Shown here piece by piece: positions 1-12,130 of a stretch of 64,000 bases of DNA. The notes under the pieces were generated by a model. That model did no database searches. It was given only the letters and a program-made list of their open reading frames with translations, and was not told the origin of the DNA. Source of the DNA: Mobula hypostoma (taxonomy: Eukaryota); contig NC_086097.1 of the NCBI RefSeq assembly GCF_963921235.1, positions 137,084,001 to 137,148,000 on the forward strand, given 5' to 3'. Each line of letters opens with the position of its first letter. The stretch's first letter is position 1. A program made the translations under genes and the position numbers.

Positions 1-661
1 TGTGTTTACTACTTTGATTTTCAGCAACTGCAGGTTTTCTCTTGTTCTGCAATCTGTTATTGCTTTTCCCTTGTACTACCTCAATGGACTTGTGTTTTCA
101 ATTCAATGGCTTGCAAAACCACGCTTTTCAAATTCAAGTTCAATTAGCATTCAACCATTCATGAATACCCATGAACACAGCCAAATGAAACAGCGTTACT
201 CTGGGGCCAAAGTGCAAGACACAGTACAAACAGTCATACCCACAAGGCACACACAGCACACAAGACAATGAACACATAAAATATTGGTGAAATACCGTCA
301 CGCACACAAAAATAAATCCAAGACCCTGAGTCCATGAATGTTGCAGCAGTCTGCAGTTGAAAACAATAGGCTTGTCTTTTGCCAAGTGAACACTAGGGTG
401 TAACACCAGCTCCAGCTTGGATGCCACGGCACACCGCCCCGGTAATTTGGTGAAGTGTCCAATGTCAACACCTCCCCCGGACGATTGCAAACAAGTGACA
501 CTGTGGCTTAAGGCCTAGTCCTAACTGTGACCAAGGCCACACAGCTCCCACACTGTCTGCCCTCCCATCTGCCAGAAATCAGTGAATCACTCTTGCAGAA
601 TTTCACATTGACAATGTCCGACAGTGTCTTGCGGTCACGAGAAAAGTGACTACGCCAATCA

Positions 662-2011
662 CAGACATCCCACCCTGCAAAAATCCATTTCAGGGAGGTA
701 GCCCCCCACAACCCCATATCCCCTCCCCCCCCCCACCTCCGTCGTCCTCCAAGGTATGTAATACTTTGTTTAGTGATTTTGTCTAATCTGTAAACCAAGT
801 TGGGTATATGCAGAAAATGTGACATTAAAGTATGTACTTATATTATATTATATTATCATGTTTATTCTATTACAACTTTAAGCAAGTCTACAGGGAGTTT
901 GGCCTCATCACGTAGGACATCAATAGCTTAGCTCCTTAGCAGCCAGCCAGCTAGTTTAAATAATGTTAGCTATGCTAATGAACGAATGACACCTGTTAAA
1001 CTCACCTCAACATGTCTTTTACATTTTAACCCACCATGGGCAATAGAAAAGTCACTGTCGCAAACAGTGCAGCAAGCATCACTGTCATTATTTTTGAGGT
1101 TGACTGTAAAGCCCACAGAGAAAACTGATAGATTTACTTAGCAGGGGTCCGCAATCATTTTTGTACCGCAGTCCGGTTTAATAATGACAATATTCTTGCG
1201 GACCAGCCGACCGGGGGCGGGGGTGTTAATCACAACCGGAATATAGGTGATAAGTCAATCGCATCATAACATTTTAAGTAATATTTGGATATTAAACACA
1301 CAGCGCATATTTTCCCCGTATGAATATATAAAATCATTGCAACACACCAATATCGCTGAATCAGTGGGAGCCCTGGGCTTGTTTTCTTGCAACAACACGG
1401 TCCTATCGAGGGGTGATGAGAGACAGCGATACTCGAATGGGGTTCCTTATGTCCAGTCTATTCCACAATTTAGTTTTCGTTGCATTCATTGCAGAAAACT
1501 CTGCTTAGCAGAGATATGTTGGAAATGAAAGCAACGTTTTCAGTGCTTCTGTAGCTTTCTCAGGATATTCAGCCTCGACTTTGATCCAGAATGCCGGCAA
1601 GGAAGTTATGTCAAACATACTTTTCAGCCTGTCGTCATTTGCAAGCTCGAGGAGTTGATCTTTTTCCTGCGCTGAAATGGATGATTCACCAGGGACATTC
1701 ACAAATGGGTCACGGACCCATTCCTTTGCACGTCTCGGGTCACTGATGGCCTCGCGTGTGTTCAAATTCAACAGTGCGTGATAAGGAATGAGGAAAGGTG
1801 CAGCTGACTCATATCGTTTCATGTTGCCAAATCATATTGTTTCCTCGCGGCCTGACTCTTAGCGCGAAGAGAGACCAATCAGGATGCTTGCTCTCCCTCT
1901 CCCTCTCAAATAAATCTATTTCCGGGATATTGTATATAATTTCCGGGCGACAGGGAGCCACTACCGACATGCAGGAGACTCCCGGAACTTCAGGGAGAGG
2001 TGGGATGTCTG
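662..2011. mobile_element. Non-autonomous TIR DNA transposon (hAT-like, 6-bp TSD) carrying a nested Charlie insertion
   Basis: Perfect 13-bp terminal inverted repeats CAGACATCCCACC (662-674) and GGTGGGATGTCTG (1999-2011), flanked by an exact direct repeat CAATCA (656-661, 2012-2017). Confidence 0.8.
1142..1852 (-). mobile_element. hAT Charlie/Buster (ZBED5-like) transposon fragment, C-terminal dimerization region, decayed
   Basis: Charlie-type terminus CAGGGGTCC at 1142. The minus strand encodes EWVRDPF...DQLLELANDDRLKSMFDITSLPAFWIKVEAEYPEKATEALKTLLSFPTYLC, then after a frameshift FSAMNATKTKLWNRLD...KQAQGSH. The other end is truncated. Confidence 0.9.
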
Positions 2012-2056
2012 CAATCACTCACTGTACAGGCGACAGTAACATACCAATTCCAGTTA

Positions 2057-2834
2057 TAGTAGGTTCCGGTGAACTGGAACACATTGGGGCCAATACATTT
2101 TGGCCCAATTAAGTAGCTGCCCCAGTTAGCCAAAGCTTCATGGAAATAATATAAAGGTATAAAAAAGAGAAACAAATTATGTATGTAAATTTAAAACAGA
2201 ACTAATTAGAAGACGACCAATACAACTGCAGTATGATAAAACTATGCATTAGTTCCTAATAGTTATCAGCAGAGTAATTTATCCAGTGTTTTTTGCTTGA
2301 CAGTAAATTCAGCACAGACACTTAATGCAGATAAAGGACTGCCTTCATACAATGCTATCAATGAATTGCATCCTCTAAATCTTTGTTTTCTTTGTAACGT
2401 TCAAGATGATGGTTGATACTTTCAAATTTTTCATAGTTCCTAACTTGTTGAAGTAGTGAAATCGCTTCATTTTCACGCCTGGTTATTCTTGGTATCTCTG
2501 AGCCTGAATATTTGAAACCACAGTGAGCAAAATAGTTCTAAATTATCGTTCTGCTTATTTCTCACCAACTATCGGTGACAAAAATCACTGCTTTTTGAAC
2601 ATAAACACACACAACTGATGCTATTTAAAAGCTGATTGCTCTAAGCAGGGTGTAGTGTCTAACAGCCTCGCAAGTGCACACAACTGACCCAAGTTATAAA
2701 CTTGTTCAGCAGCAGTCTCCTGTCCCAATTAACGGGCGTAGTGTTCCAAACAAGCAAAGGGAATCCTGTCTATTTTCTCAATTAGCTTTTGTTTTTTAAG
2801 TGTAGCAGCTGTCCCAATTAAATAGAATCTACAG
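2057..2834. mobile_element. Tigger/pogo-like (Tc1/mariner) non-autonomous DNA transposon, decayed
   Basis: Degenerate TIRs (TA|TAGTAGGTTCCGGTGAACTGG ... CCAATTAAATAGAATCTACAG|TA) with TA flanks and repeated subterminal CCCAATTAA motifs. Confidence 0.6.
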
Positions 2835-3454
2835 TATTTCAAAGCACTGTCACCTGATCTATGGTGTATAGATTACTCTCTTCAAATAATTCTCCTTACA
2901 AAATAGAGTGAAACAGGAGGATGGGTTGGTTTTCTTCCCAGAAATTCTTCCTGCCAGCACTCAGTCTGAAGTGGAGCTTCACTGCATTGTATGAGGAACA
3001 AGGGGGTGAAAACGCCAGAAGAGAAAGGAGCCCTAAGCAGCCATTGGACAAAGTAGTTGGCAGAGGAACAGGGAAGACATTGGTGAGGAGAGGTGGTCAC
3101 TCCTTCAGCATCGATGAGGTGAAGCAGACACCGCTGTCTTAATGGATTGCACTCATCTGCCTGGTTCCAGAGAACCAAGACGTCCATTCTCCTGAGGGGT
3201 TGGGGCTGTGTCAGAAGGGACATCACTGTTGAGAACTGCCCAGAGTGTTCAAACCTAAGAACCCCTCTACACTGTGCCCCTCTCATTCCCGATCTCATCT
3301 ACTGCTGGCATTCTATCAAGTTCGTCCAAGGCAAACAGCAAAAGTTAAAGAGTGCAACATACAATAGAAAATGTTACAACATGACCTCCAAAAATGGCTG
3401 CTTTTGAACACCCTACATCCAGAATCTCTGGCTTTTAAATATAAAGATGATATG

Positions 3455-3805
3455 ACATAGGAGCAGAATTAGGCCATCTGGCCCATTGAGACCGCTCTGC
3501 TATTTCATCATGGCTGGTTTATTTTCCTTCTCAATCCAATTCTTGTGCCTTCTCTCTGTAACCTTTGACACCCTAACTAATCAATAACCTATCAATCTCC
3601 TCTTTAAACATACACAATGACTTGGCCGCCACAGCCATCAATGACAATGAATTCCACAAATTCACCATTCTCTGGCTAAAGAAATTCCTCCTCATCTCTG
3701 CTGTAAAGGGACTACGTTCTATTCTGTGACCTCCTCCACCATCGGAGACATTCTCTCCGCATCCACTCTGTCTAGGCCATTCAATATTCAGTAGATTTCA
3801 ATGTG
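3455..3805 (-). mobile_element. CR1 LINE 3' end
   Basis: Reverse complement of the CR1 ORF2 end and 3'UTR (ATAGGAGCAGAATTAGGCCAT...), homologous to 34600-34890. Confidence 0.75.
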
Positions 3806-3859
3806 CACTTCTGCAGCATGAGCCACATCATCAGATTGTCCAATGCTTCATAGGTGAAA

Positions 3860-4085
3860 TAAGTCATTATGGTATTGCAGGAAATCTATGCACGCACCAA
3901 GCTCCCAAGGCCAGCAGAACTATAACATGACTACCTGAGTTTTTTTAATAAGCAGAGCAAAGTGTTTGAGGGATAATTATTAGACTCAGGAGAACTTCCG
4001 TGCCCTGCTATGAGATGATGGCTGTAGGATCCTATACTTACCTGATTGCTAGATTAGGCTTCCACTTAGAATCACCATATTGCAA
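3860..4085 (-). mobile_element. Ancient Deu-domain SINE remnant
   Basis: GAGGGATAATTATT...CAGGAGAACTTCCGTGCCCTGCT...GGATCCT resembles the reverse of the Deu domain and parallels 21955-22285. Confidence 0.45.
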
Positions 4086-4169
4086 CCGGCCAAGAGGTAG
4101 AGGGCGTGAGACAGACAAGACCCATAGTTAGATCATTCACGTTTCATATTTCACTGTTCCACAATTCTA

Positions 4170-4640
4170 ACACACTGGAACACAAGAAGCTGCAGAAGAT
4201 AATGGACTTATCCAAGTCCACCATGAACATAGCCCTCCCCACCGCTGAGAACATCTACAGGAGGCATCTATCACAAAGGATCCCCACCATCAGGGTCACT
4301 CGCTCTTCTTGCTGCTAACATCAGGTAGGAGATACAGAAACCTGAAATCCCACACCACCAGGTTCAGGAAAAGATACCTTCCTACAACCATCAGGTTCTA
4401 GAATCAGCTTGTACAACTTTAACCCAGCTCAGCAAAAAAACACTATTGACCACCTCTCGCACTAGTATGGATTGTGCTTCTTTTTATACTAATGCCTTCT
4501 TGTTTTGGAAATTTTTCTTCTCTTTATTGTCTTGTATCATTTCTGTGCAATTTGTATTCTGTGTGGTGTCCGTACCTGCACACCTATGATGCTGCCACAA
4601 ACACAATTTTCCTTGTACCTGTACCTCACTGTACTCATGT
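4170..4640 (+). mobile_element. Rex1/Babar-type (CR1-group) LINE 3' fragment, decayed
   Basis: KKLQKIMD...LPTAENIY..., then CCATCAGG-AGGAGATACAGAAACCTGAAATCCCACACCACCAGGTTCAGG. The motif is shared with copies at 6.4, 7.4, 14.5, 27 and 35.2 kb. Confidence 0.65.
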
Positions 4641-4833
4641 AGTGTTCAGGGTTCCATCATCAGCGAGTCTGGAGTTCAGGGTCCTCACTGGCAAATCGTG
4701 GGGTCAATACCAAAGATCAAAGTGCAAAGGTCGATGAGAAGTCTGGAATTCAAGGGTTGTTGACAAAATCCCTGGATCTGCGAGTACACTGGAGGGTGGT
4801 GGTCCAAAGAAAGCCAGTCCTGAGGTTAGAGGA

Positions 4834-4839
4834 GTGTGT

Positions 4840-4882
<43 letters not shown>
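4834..4882. repeat. (TG)n microsatellite
   Basis: About 24 TG units with one TA interruption. Confidence 0.97.
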
Positions 4883-4883
<1 letters not shown>

Positions 4884-5893
4884 AAGGACGGAGATAAGGT
4901 GTTTGTGCTGTGTACATGGCGAGAATGCTATGTTGGCTCTAGAAAATGTGGCAACACTTGTAGGCTGAAATCCCCCACATTGCAAAACCTTAGGTTGTGC
5001 TGGTTGCTAATGTAAATGACACAATTCACTGCATGCTTTGATTTGCATGTGATAAATGAATTATAGAAGCCGTCTCTAGTGTAGGAAGCTTATGGCACTG
5101 TGGGACCTCCTGAACGTGTGAAAGGCAAAGCAAGTACCCCTTCACTTCCTTCCTCTCGCTTGTTATTGTATTTCTTTAAAGATCTATTCCAGCACACATT
5201 AATGAGACGGAAATTATGCTCAGTACTTTCCATCAAATTAACGTTACATTATCCCAAAGGCGTTGCTCCTTCAAAGCAAGTGAACATCTGCCTATGCTCC
5301 CTCCCAACACTTTGTAATTAAGACAATAATCATGAAAGAAACCTCAGCACATACAGAGTTAAACCCTTTGATAAGCTCCACCGTAAATCATGTCTTAAAT
5401 CCAACCAACTGGGCATTCCACAATAAATGTTATTTTAAGATGTTCCCTCTGACTGTTATAACATTTACAATCATACACATAGGGGACCCTGGGGGATTAC
5501 GAGAGATAATTGCTATTCAGTAGCAAAGCCATAACCAATATTTATTAAATTCCATACTTTCATTGTAGTACAAGATTTATGACCTTTGAGACACAATTAC
5601 TAACGTTGTGAAGGTAACATTCCTCCCTCTTTATAATCTTTCTCAAAACTGTCTTTCATCAAATTAAAGGCCTTGAATTTCCTCACAGCAATGAACAGGG
5701 GAGCTATCTGTGTTAGGTAGGTAACACAGGGGACTGTCACACAGTCAATTTCTCAAGGAACTGTTCAATCGCTCATGGAACTACCGCAAAGTGTAGTCGC
5801 GCCCAAATCACACGAGCCTGGAAACAGTTCCACATTGGGTGAAGAAAAAGCAGGTAGTCAGAGGCCTGACCAGGAGATGGGGTTGGCCACAGG

Positions 5894-6232
5894 CAATATT
5901 CCCTCCATTTTGTAACGACCAGTGTGCACAAAAATCTTGCGCTGTGCAATTTTTTGCCCGGTGACAACTGCAAGTGCGCAATGAATAATTTCTTCAATAA
6001 AAACAGTATAAATAAGCCAGTTCTACAATCTGCAGACAAATCATTGTAAACTCCACGTTGTCAACACCATCCACATCAGAAACCAGAAAAGGAAATGCAA
6101 TTGCGTGCATTCGTGAAATATACTTTACATGCTAATGAGGTAGAGGGTGACAATCTTTTGTGCACAGTTTAAATTCCTTTGTGCGCTAGTAGCAAAAGAT
6201 TTGTGCGTGTGCACACCTTAGGGGGAATATTG
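5894..6232. mobile_element. MITE / non-autonomous hAT-like element
   Basis: TIRs CAATATTCCCTC (from 5894) and GGGGGAATATTG (to 6232), with internal GTGCAC/GTGCGC subterminal motifs. The TSD is degenerate. Confidence 0.6.
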
Positions 6233-6399
6233 GCATGGGTCTGGTGAGGGGGGTCACATTGACATCTTGCGGCAGTTTGAGGATAGAGACTCCTGAAAGA
6301 GATCAATACAAGTGGTGCTCCAAGCACTACTTTCTGTAAGTAGTATTGCTACTGTAAAAACATGCTGCTCTCAGAGTGACCAATGGCAGCAGCTCCGTG

Positions 6400-6960
6400 C
6401 AACAATGCAGTTTAGTTTCCCGGGCAACATCGTGCAGGAGCAATGCCGTTTCTTGCATGGCTTGCAACCAGAAGCTTCTGGGGTTGGACCCTCACTCTAT
6501 GGCAACTGCTCCGTTCAAAACCTCAAGAAACTCCCGAGAGTGGTGGACACAGTTCAGTGCTTCATGGAAAACAGCTTCATCTACACCTCCATGAAGCAGC
6601 CAACACAATCAAAGACCCTTCGCACACTGCTCTTCTCCCCTGTCCTATCAGGCAGAAGATTTTAAAGAAGGCCTGAAGACATGTAACACCAGGCTCAAGG
6701 ACAGCCTCTATCCTACTGTTATAAGGCTACTGAACAGTCAGTCCCTTGGTAAGATAAGATAGACTCTTAACCTCACCATCTATCTCATTTTGGCCCTTGC
6801 ATCCTATTGCGTGTCTGCACTGCACCTTCTCTGCAACGGTAACACTACAATCTGCAGTCATTCATTTTCCTTTGTACTATTGATGTGATGAAATGATGCA
6901 TATGGAGGATATAGAAAGGTTTTCATTGTATCTTAGGAATCGTAACAATAATAAGTCAAT
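6400..6960 (+). mobile_element. Rex1/Babar-type LINE 3' fragment, decayed
   Basis: YGNCSVQNLKKLPRVVDTVQ...; CCTATCAGGCAGAAGAT...ACCAGGCTCAAGGACAGC; pyrimidine-rich 3'UTR. Confidence 0.65.
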
Positions 6961-7439
6961 TTACCAATCCAAGGGATACATCCCCATCCTATCATTTATA
7001 TTTTTAAACAGCCAGAAACCTCAGTAAGGGTCAGACTGGCCAAAAAGACCAGCTTCTGAAGCATTAGTCTTCTACACTTCTGAATAAAATTATCAACTCA
7101 ATAGGTCCTCACATAACCATGACATTTCCCGCTCCTCGCTACAAATCATCTTGGAAGAAAAAAAGTGTCCCAACCCATCACAATTTCCACTATTTCCAGG
7201 GTGTTTTGCTGCCTCCCTATAATGTAATGGGATTCATTCCAGAAAGAGATTGGTGCTTCCTTGTTAGTTACACTTAGAAATACCATACGCTGCATCTTAA
7301 TGATCTGGTGGCAGGCAGCCTCCTGGTGCAAGTTGGTTGTTTGGGACCCACCCAAGGCAAGGGAAGGTCTAGCATGCGGGAGTTCTGTGGGTATGGGCCA
7401 CTCACTGGCTTATCGCTCACACTGAGTTTTTCCATCCCA

Positions 7440-7880
7440 AGATGGTGATCTCAAATGTACAGCAACATAAGAGAGCAATGGACTCTGCCCAATACATCAT
7501 GGGGACTTCCCTCGCCACCATCAGTAGTACATGCAGGAAGCAAATTCCATCAAAGTCCCCACTGTCCGGGACACGCCACTTTTTGGGACTCCCATTTGGC
7601 AGGAGGCACAGAAGCCTGAAGTTCCATACAACCATGTTCAAGAACAGCTCCTTCCCTTCAGCTGTTCAGTACTTGAACCAACTGACAAAATCCTAATCAC
7701 CACAGCCTGACCACTTTACACTGAAATAGATATTTTAGTTCTAATTGCACTTCCTTGTTAAAGAAGTGTATAAGTTATATCTAATTTGATGCCACATTGC
7801 CTGTGATGCTGCTGCAAATTTTTCATTGCATCTGCATATGCATGTAATTAAGCAAATGACAATAAAATTGACTTTGATTA
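7440..7880 (+). mobile_element. Rex1/Babar-type LINE 3' fragment, decayed
   Basis: MDSAQYIMGTSL...LPFGRRHRSLKFHTTMFKNSSFPSAVQYLN*, followed by a 3'UTR ending AATAAAATTGACTTTGA. Confidence 0.7.
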
Positions 7881-7984
7881 TGGAATTTGTATTTAATTTG
7901 CCAAAACCCACCTGAGGAACCCAAACTAGGTGCTGAATATGAAGTTGTCCTCCAAGCAAAGCTGCTGGTCATTGAGCAATGTTC

Positions 7985-8250
7985 ATGGATCATGGATTGA
8001 AGTCCCACTTCAGGATTCCAAGCACAGGGTCGGGGTTAAAACTCCTAGTGCAGCACCACCTAAGTAACACACAGTCAGAGGTGCCATCTCTAGGATGAGG
8101 TGTTAAAGTGTGCATGCATCTGTCCCTGGGCCAACATTTATCTTTCAACATCTGGAATGAACATTTAACAAGTTTGCTTTACACGATGCTGTCTGCTGTC
8201 TTCCTTTCTGTAAATCAACTGTCATGATTTCTGCTTTAAAATAGCCCCTA
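7985..8250 (+). mobile_element. Ancient Deu-domain SINE (SacSINE1/AmnSINE1-like) remnant
   Basis: AGTCCCACTTCAG...CTCCTAGTGCAG...CAGTCAGAGGTGCCATCTCTAGGATGAGGTGTTAAA...CCTGGGCCAACATTTATCTTTCAAC matches the Deu-domain layout. Confidence 0.6.
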
Positions 8251-9454
8251 TAATCCTACAGGCTAGCTTTAATTTAAAGGCTATATAAAGTCTTCCTTCC
8301 AGTTAGGATTTATAAAGTTTGACCTTTAGGCTCAAACTACAAAATCTTCAGAACTAACCACTTCTCGAATGTAAAATGGTCTCCAGTGGATTCAGAACCT
8401 GAATGAAGCAGTGATTGAGAGTTACAAAGGCACTGCCTGGGAAAGGTTCGTTTTATCTCTGCTGTTCCAATCTCATACAAGTACCAGATGCATTAATGAA
8501 GATTGACTGAATACTCCCAGGGGTAGAGGGGAAAAGTAAAGCCAGATTTCTACTTTAGGGAAAAAAAAATAAAACCAGTTGAAGGATAAAACCTAAATTG
8601 AATGGTCAAAATCCAAACAAAGTTTCTGAAATCATTCAACCAAAAGAATCCAAGGAAAGCTTGGACACAGCTTTGGTTTGTTTAGTAAAGTCTGCACACA
8701 TCAGGTTGGTGGGACATTAAAGCTGTATGTGGTTCACTTCTGGAGGATGTTGGTGAATATTAGAATATTAAAATAAATCACAGAGTTTCAAATAAGATTT
8801 TCACGGTTACATCAAATGGCCTGAAGAGTTTCTCCACAATAATTAATTACCCTCCTGTGAAAGCAATCCGGGCTGTGATATACAAATACAGAACCTGGTG
8901 TGCCTCTGTCCCTCTTACTCTCACACACACCGTAGGTCCTGTTGTTACTGCTTGGACTGGTAGTCCATTCACCTTACTGCACCCATCTGCATTGGCAAGT
9001 GAAAATACTGGCAATGAGGACATCTTGCTCATAGGTCCCAGTTCCTACCAGAGTTAGCTCCCGAACAGCGGAATGCTCCCCACACCCCTCTGCAGGAGAA
9101 GTTGCTGGCGACTGTTTTCTGAGGCTCCATAATAACAGACTGGACTGCTCCAAGCAGAACGCACAGAGCTGGGATTTGCCTCCAGTTAAGGGCTAATAGT
9201 GAGTCAAGGTTTTCAAATTGCAACCGTGGACATATCAGGGGGAGGGGGAGGGTAGGTGCAGAATGGGCCCATTTTACTGCAGTGACAGCTGGGGAGAAAA
9301 CCCCAGGGGAGCTACCAGCATCTAACCTGGCATGTATAATTTATTACGGATCAAATGGCGAATCCAGAACTTCCTCGATGGAGTCAAGGCAGAGGACAGG
9401 ATTATGAGGGGAATGGGAGTTACCACGAGAATGCCCGACAAGCTCATTGTCTAA

Positions 9455-10640
9455 ACGTAGAAGAGTACGGCCTAGGAGCAGGCCCTTTAGCCTACAATGT
9501 TGTGGCAATCTAATTCAATGCTAACTAATCCATTCTCACTACAATATCCACATCCCTCCATTCCCTGCAATGCCTATACAAGAGCTTCTTAAACACCTCG
9601 ATTATATCTGTTTCCAATATCACCCCAAGCAGTGCCTTCCAGGTGCCCAGCACTCTGAGTAAAATAAAAACTTCCTCCCTCGCCATAAAAGCATGTTCTC
9701 TCATTTTAGGCAGTTTGACCCCATGAAAGAGATAACGGCTGTCTGTTCTATCTACACCTCTCATAATTTTATAAACAGCTATCAGGTCTCCCTTCATCCT
9801 CTGCTACTCCAGAGAAAACAACACATTTTTCCAACCTCTGCTGATTGCATATAGTCATAGTCATACTTTATTGATCCCGGGGGAAATTGGCTTTCGTTAC
9901 AGTTGCACCATAAATAATAAATAGTAATAGAACCATAAATAGTTAAATAGTAATATGTAAATTATGCCAGTAAATTATGAAATAAATCCAGGACCAGCCT
10001 ATCGGCTCAGGGTATCTGCCCCGCCAAGGGAGGAGTTGTAAAGTTTGATGGCTACAGGCAGGAATGACTTCCTATGACGCTCTGTGCTGCATCTCGGTGG
10101 AATGAGTTTCTGGCTGAATGTACTCCTGTGCCCACCCAGTACATTATGTAGTGATGGGAAACATTGTCCAAGATGGCATGCAACTTGGACAGCATCCTCT
10201 TTTCAGACACCACCGTCAGAGAGTCCAGTTCCATCCCCACAACATCACTGGCCTTACGAATGAGTTAGTTGATTCTGTTGGTGTCTGCCACCCTTAGCCT
10301 GCTGCCCCAGCACACAACAGCAAACATGATAGCACTGGCCACCACAGACTCGTAGAACATCCTCAGCATCATCCGGCAGATGTTAAAGGACCTCAGTCTC
10401 CTCAGGAAATAGAGACGGCTCTGACCCTTCTTGTAGACAGCCTCAGTGTTCTTTGACCAGTCCAGTTTATTGTCAATTCGTATCCCCAGGTACTTGTAAT
10501 CCTCCACCATGCCCTCTAATCCAGACAGCATCTTAGTAAACATCAACGGCACCTTCAACAAAGCCACCACATCCTTCCTAAATGCCTTATTATAATCATT
10601 TCCAGTGCAGAAACAAACCATATCCCCCATCTGCTCCAAG
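9455..10640 (-). mobile_element. CR1 LINE 3' fragment split by a Rex1 insertion (9455-9850 and 10508-~10640)
   Basis: MKGDLIAVYKIMRGVDR... in ORF 9525-9797 and RKDVVAL...FTKMLSGLEGM on the far side of the insertion. Confidence 0.8.
9851..10507 (-). mobile_element. Rex1/Babar LINE, 5'-truncated, relatively young, with (GACTAT)n tail
   Basis: VEDYKYLGIRIDNKLDWSKNTEAVYKKGQSRLYFLRRLRSFNI...FYESVVASAIMFAVVCWG is the typical post-RT domain. AATAAAG is followed by the TATGACTATGACTAT tail. Confidence 0.9.
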
Positions 10641-10837
10641 ACAGTGTGTATTCTCTGTCAGAATCTCCTCCCTTTCTACTGACACAACCTTTTGCCAGAA
10701 ACATTTTTTGCATACCATTCTGTAGTCTCTTTTGTTTGACATTCCGATTGTCTGGACCTATTGAGAAAGATGTTAAGAGAAAATGAAACCTCCCAAAGGA
10801 CAGATTGGAACCTAGGAAGTTTATCTGTCCTGGTCTG

Positions 10838-11040
10838 TGTTTAATGCTCCAGTAATATTTGAGTAATCTTGCATATATATTGATTAAGCATTCTTGTTTG
10901 TTTAAATAATTTATCACGGGTTGTATATATAAATATGTGAATTGCATTTGTCATCTTGCTACCACGTGATACACCCACATTTCGGATTCCCGTGTCTTCC
11001 TTTGAATTAGTTTAATGTTTTGAAGTTACAAAACAGAACA
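10838..11040. mobile_element. Possible solo LTR
   Basis: About 200-bp AT-rich segment bounded by TGTT...AACA with a TATATAAA motif. No convincing TSD. Confidence 0.3.
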
Positions 11041-11384
11041 CGTACCACTTGGTCATCGGGAGTGACGGTAAAGACTACTACCTCATCCAGCTGAGAATAT
11101 CTGACCCAGAGGTTTGCCTTCAAGCAAAGGGACTGCAGTTAACAAGGTTCAACTCAACTAGGACCAGCTGTCGAGAACACAGACTAAACCCAAATCTTTG
11201 GGAAGTTATTACTTTATGAAAGATGATTAATAACTGTTCAATTCTTTTAGTCAAACAATTATCTTCACACACACAAAATCACATTTTGCAATGGGTAGGT
11301 TTAAAGCCCTGAATTTTGGAAGGGAGGAGATTGTTTTTTTCCCTGAACTTGTTTCTCATTTACAGTAACATCATGACCCTCCTT

Positions 11385-11475
11385 TTCAGTTCTAATGAAG
11401 GGCCTCAAGCCCTAAATGTTGACTGTTTCTCTTCCCTGCCCAGAATTTCCAGCATGTTCAGTGTTCTTGTTCTAG
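11385..11475 (+). mobile_element. Penelope-like terminal fragment (decayed hammerhead)
   Basis: CAGTTCTAATGAAGGGCCTCAAGCCCTAAATGTTGACTG is homologous to 31237-31274 and 32734-32866. Confidence 0.55.
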
Positions 11476-11779
11476 GTGGCCCAGTTTGGTTCTAAAAACC
11501 CTTAAGATCCTAATGTCAGTCTTTTACTTTTAAACGGATCTCAACTTCTTTATAAGAACAGATTTCTGGGCTTCACCCCTGAAGTAGGCCTAGTTGCAAT
11601 GTTGTAACCTCCTGTTCTGGATTTCCTCCCTTCCAATCACCTTTAGAAATGCAGTCAGGTTTCTCCTTAGCCTCTTGTTCTTGAGTGAACAGGAACATGT
11701 CTGAGGAACCTGCTCTTTAATTTCTCCAGCAAATCTCTCCAAAACAGTTTTTCATATAGCGTGGAGCACTGAATGGAAC

Positions 11780-12130
11780 GCTAGATCCTTACGGGGCTAT
11801 TGCTAGGACTAGAGGACTTTACTTACAGGGAAGAGATTGGCCTGGCTAGGTCTTTATTCCTTGAAACGTACGAAAATGAACGGCGACTGCATTTAAAATG
11901 ATAAGGTGCCCAGTATAACGGCCTTTTCTTTGGGTAAGGGAGCCCCAAACTGGGGGAGGAGGAGAGTAGGTTAAGGTCAGAGGGACATGATTTAAAAAAG
12001 GTCCTGAGCAGGCAACTTTTTCATGCAGAGGATGGTGAGTATGCAGGAAACTGCATCTAGCTGAGCTGGCATTGTGGTCATCTTGGACTGGTTGGGCCAA
12101 AGGGCATGTTATCTATGCTGCATTGGTCTA
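11780..12130 (+). mobile_element. CR1 LINE 3' fragment, decayed
   Basis: LLLGLEDFTYREEIGLA.., AGGTTAAGGTCAGAGGG...TTTTTCATGCAGAGGATGG, and the 3'UTR GGGCCAAAGGGCATGTT. Confidence 0.6.

Noticed and set aside
1505..1822. Domesticated ZBED5/ZBED8/SCAND3 gene
   Set aside because: Only a frameshifted C-terminal fragment is present, with a transposon terminus, nested in another element.
2882..3407. Overlapping 70-140 aa ORFs in GC-richer unique sequence
   Set aside because: No recognisable domain and no consistent splice or frame structure.
10265..10639. 124-aa ORF as a single protein
   Set aside because: It is a chimeric read-through from a CR1 fragment into the inserted Rex1 fragment.
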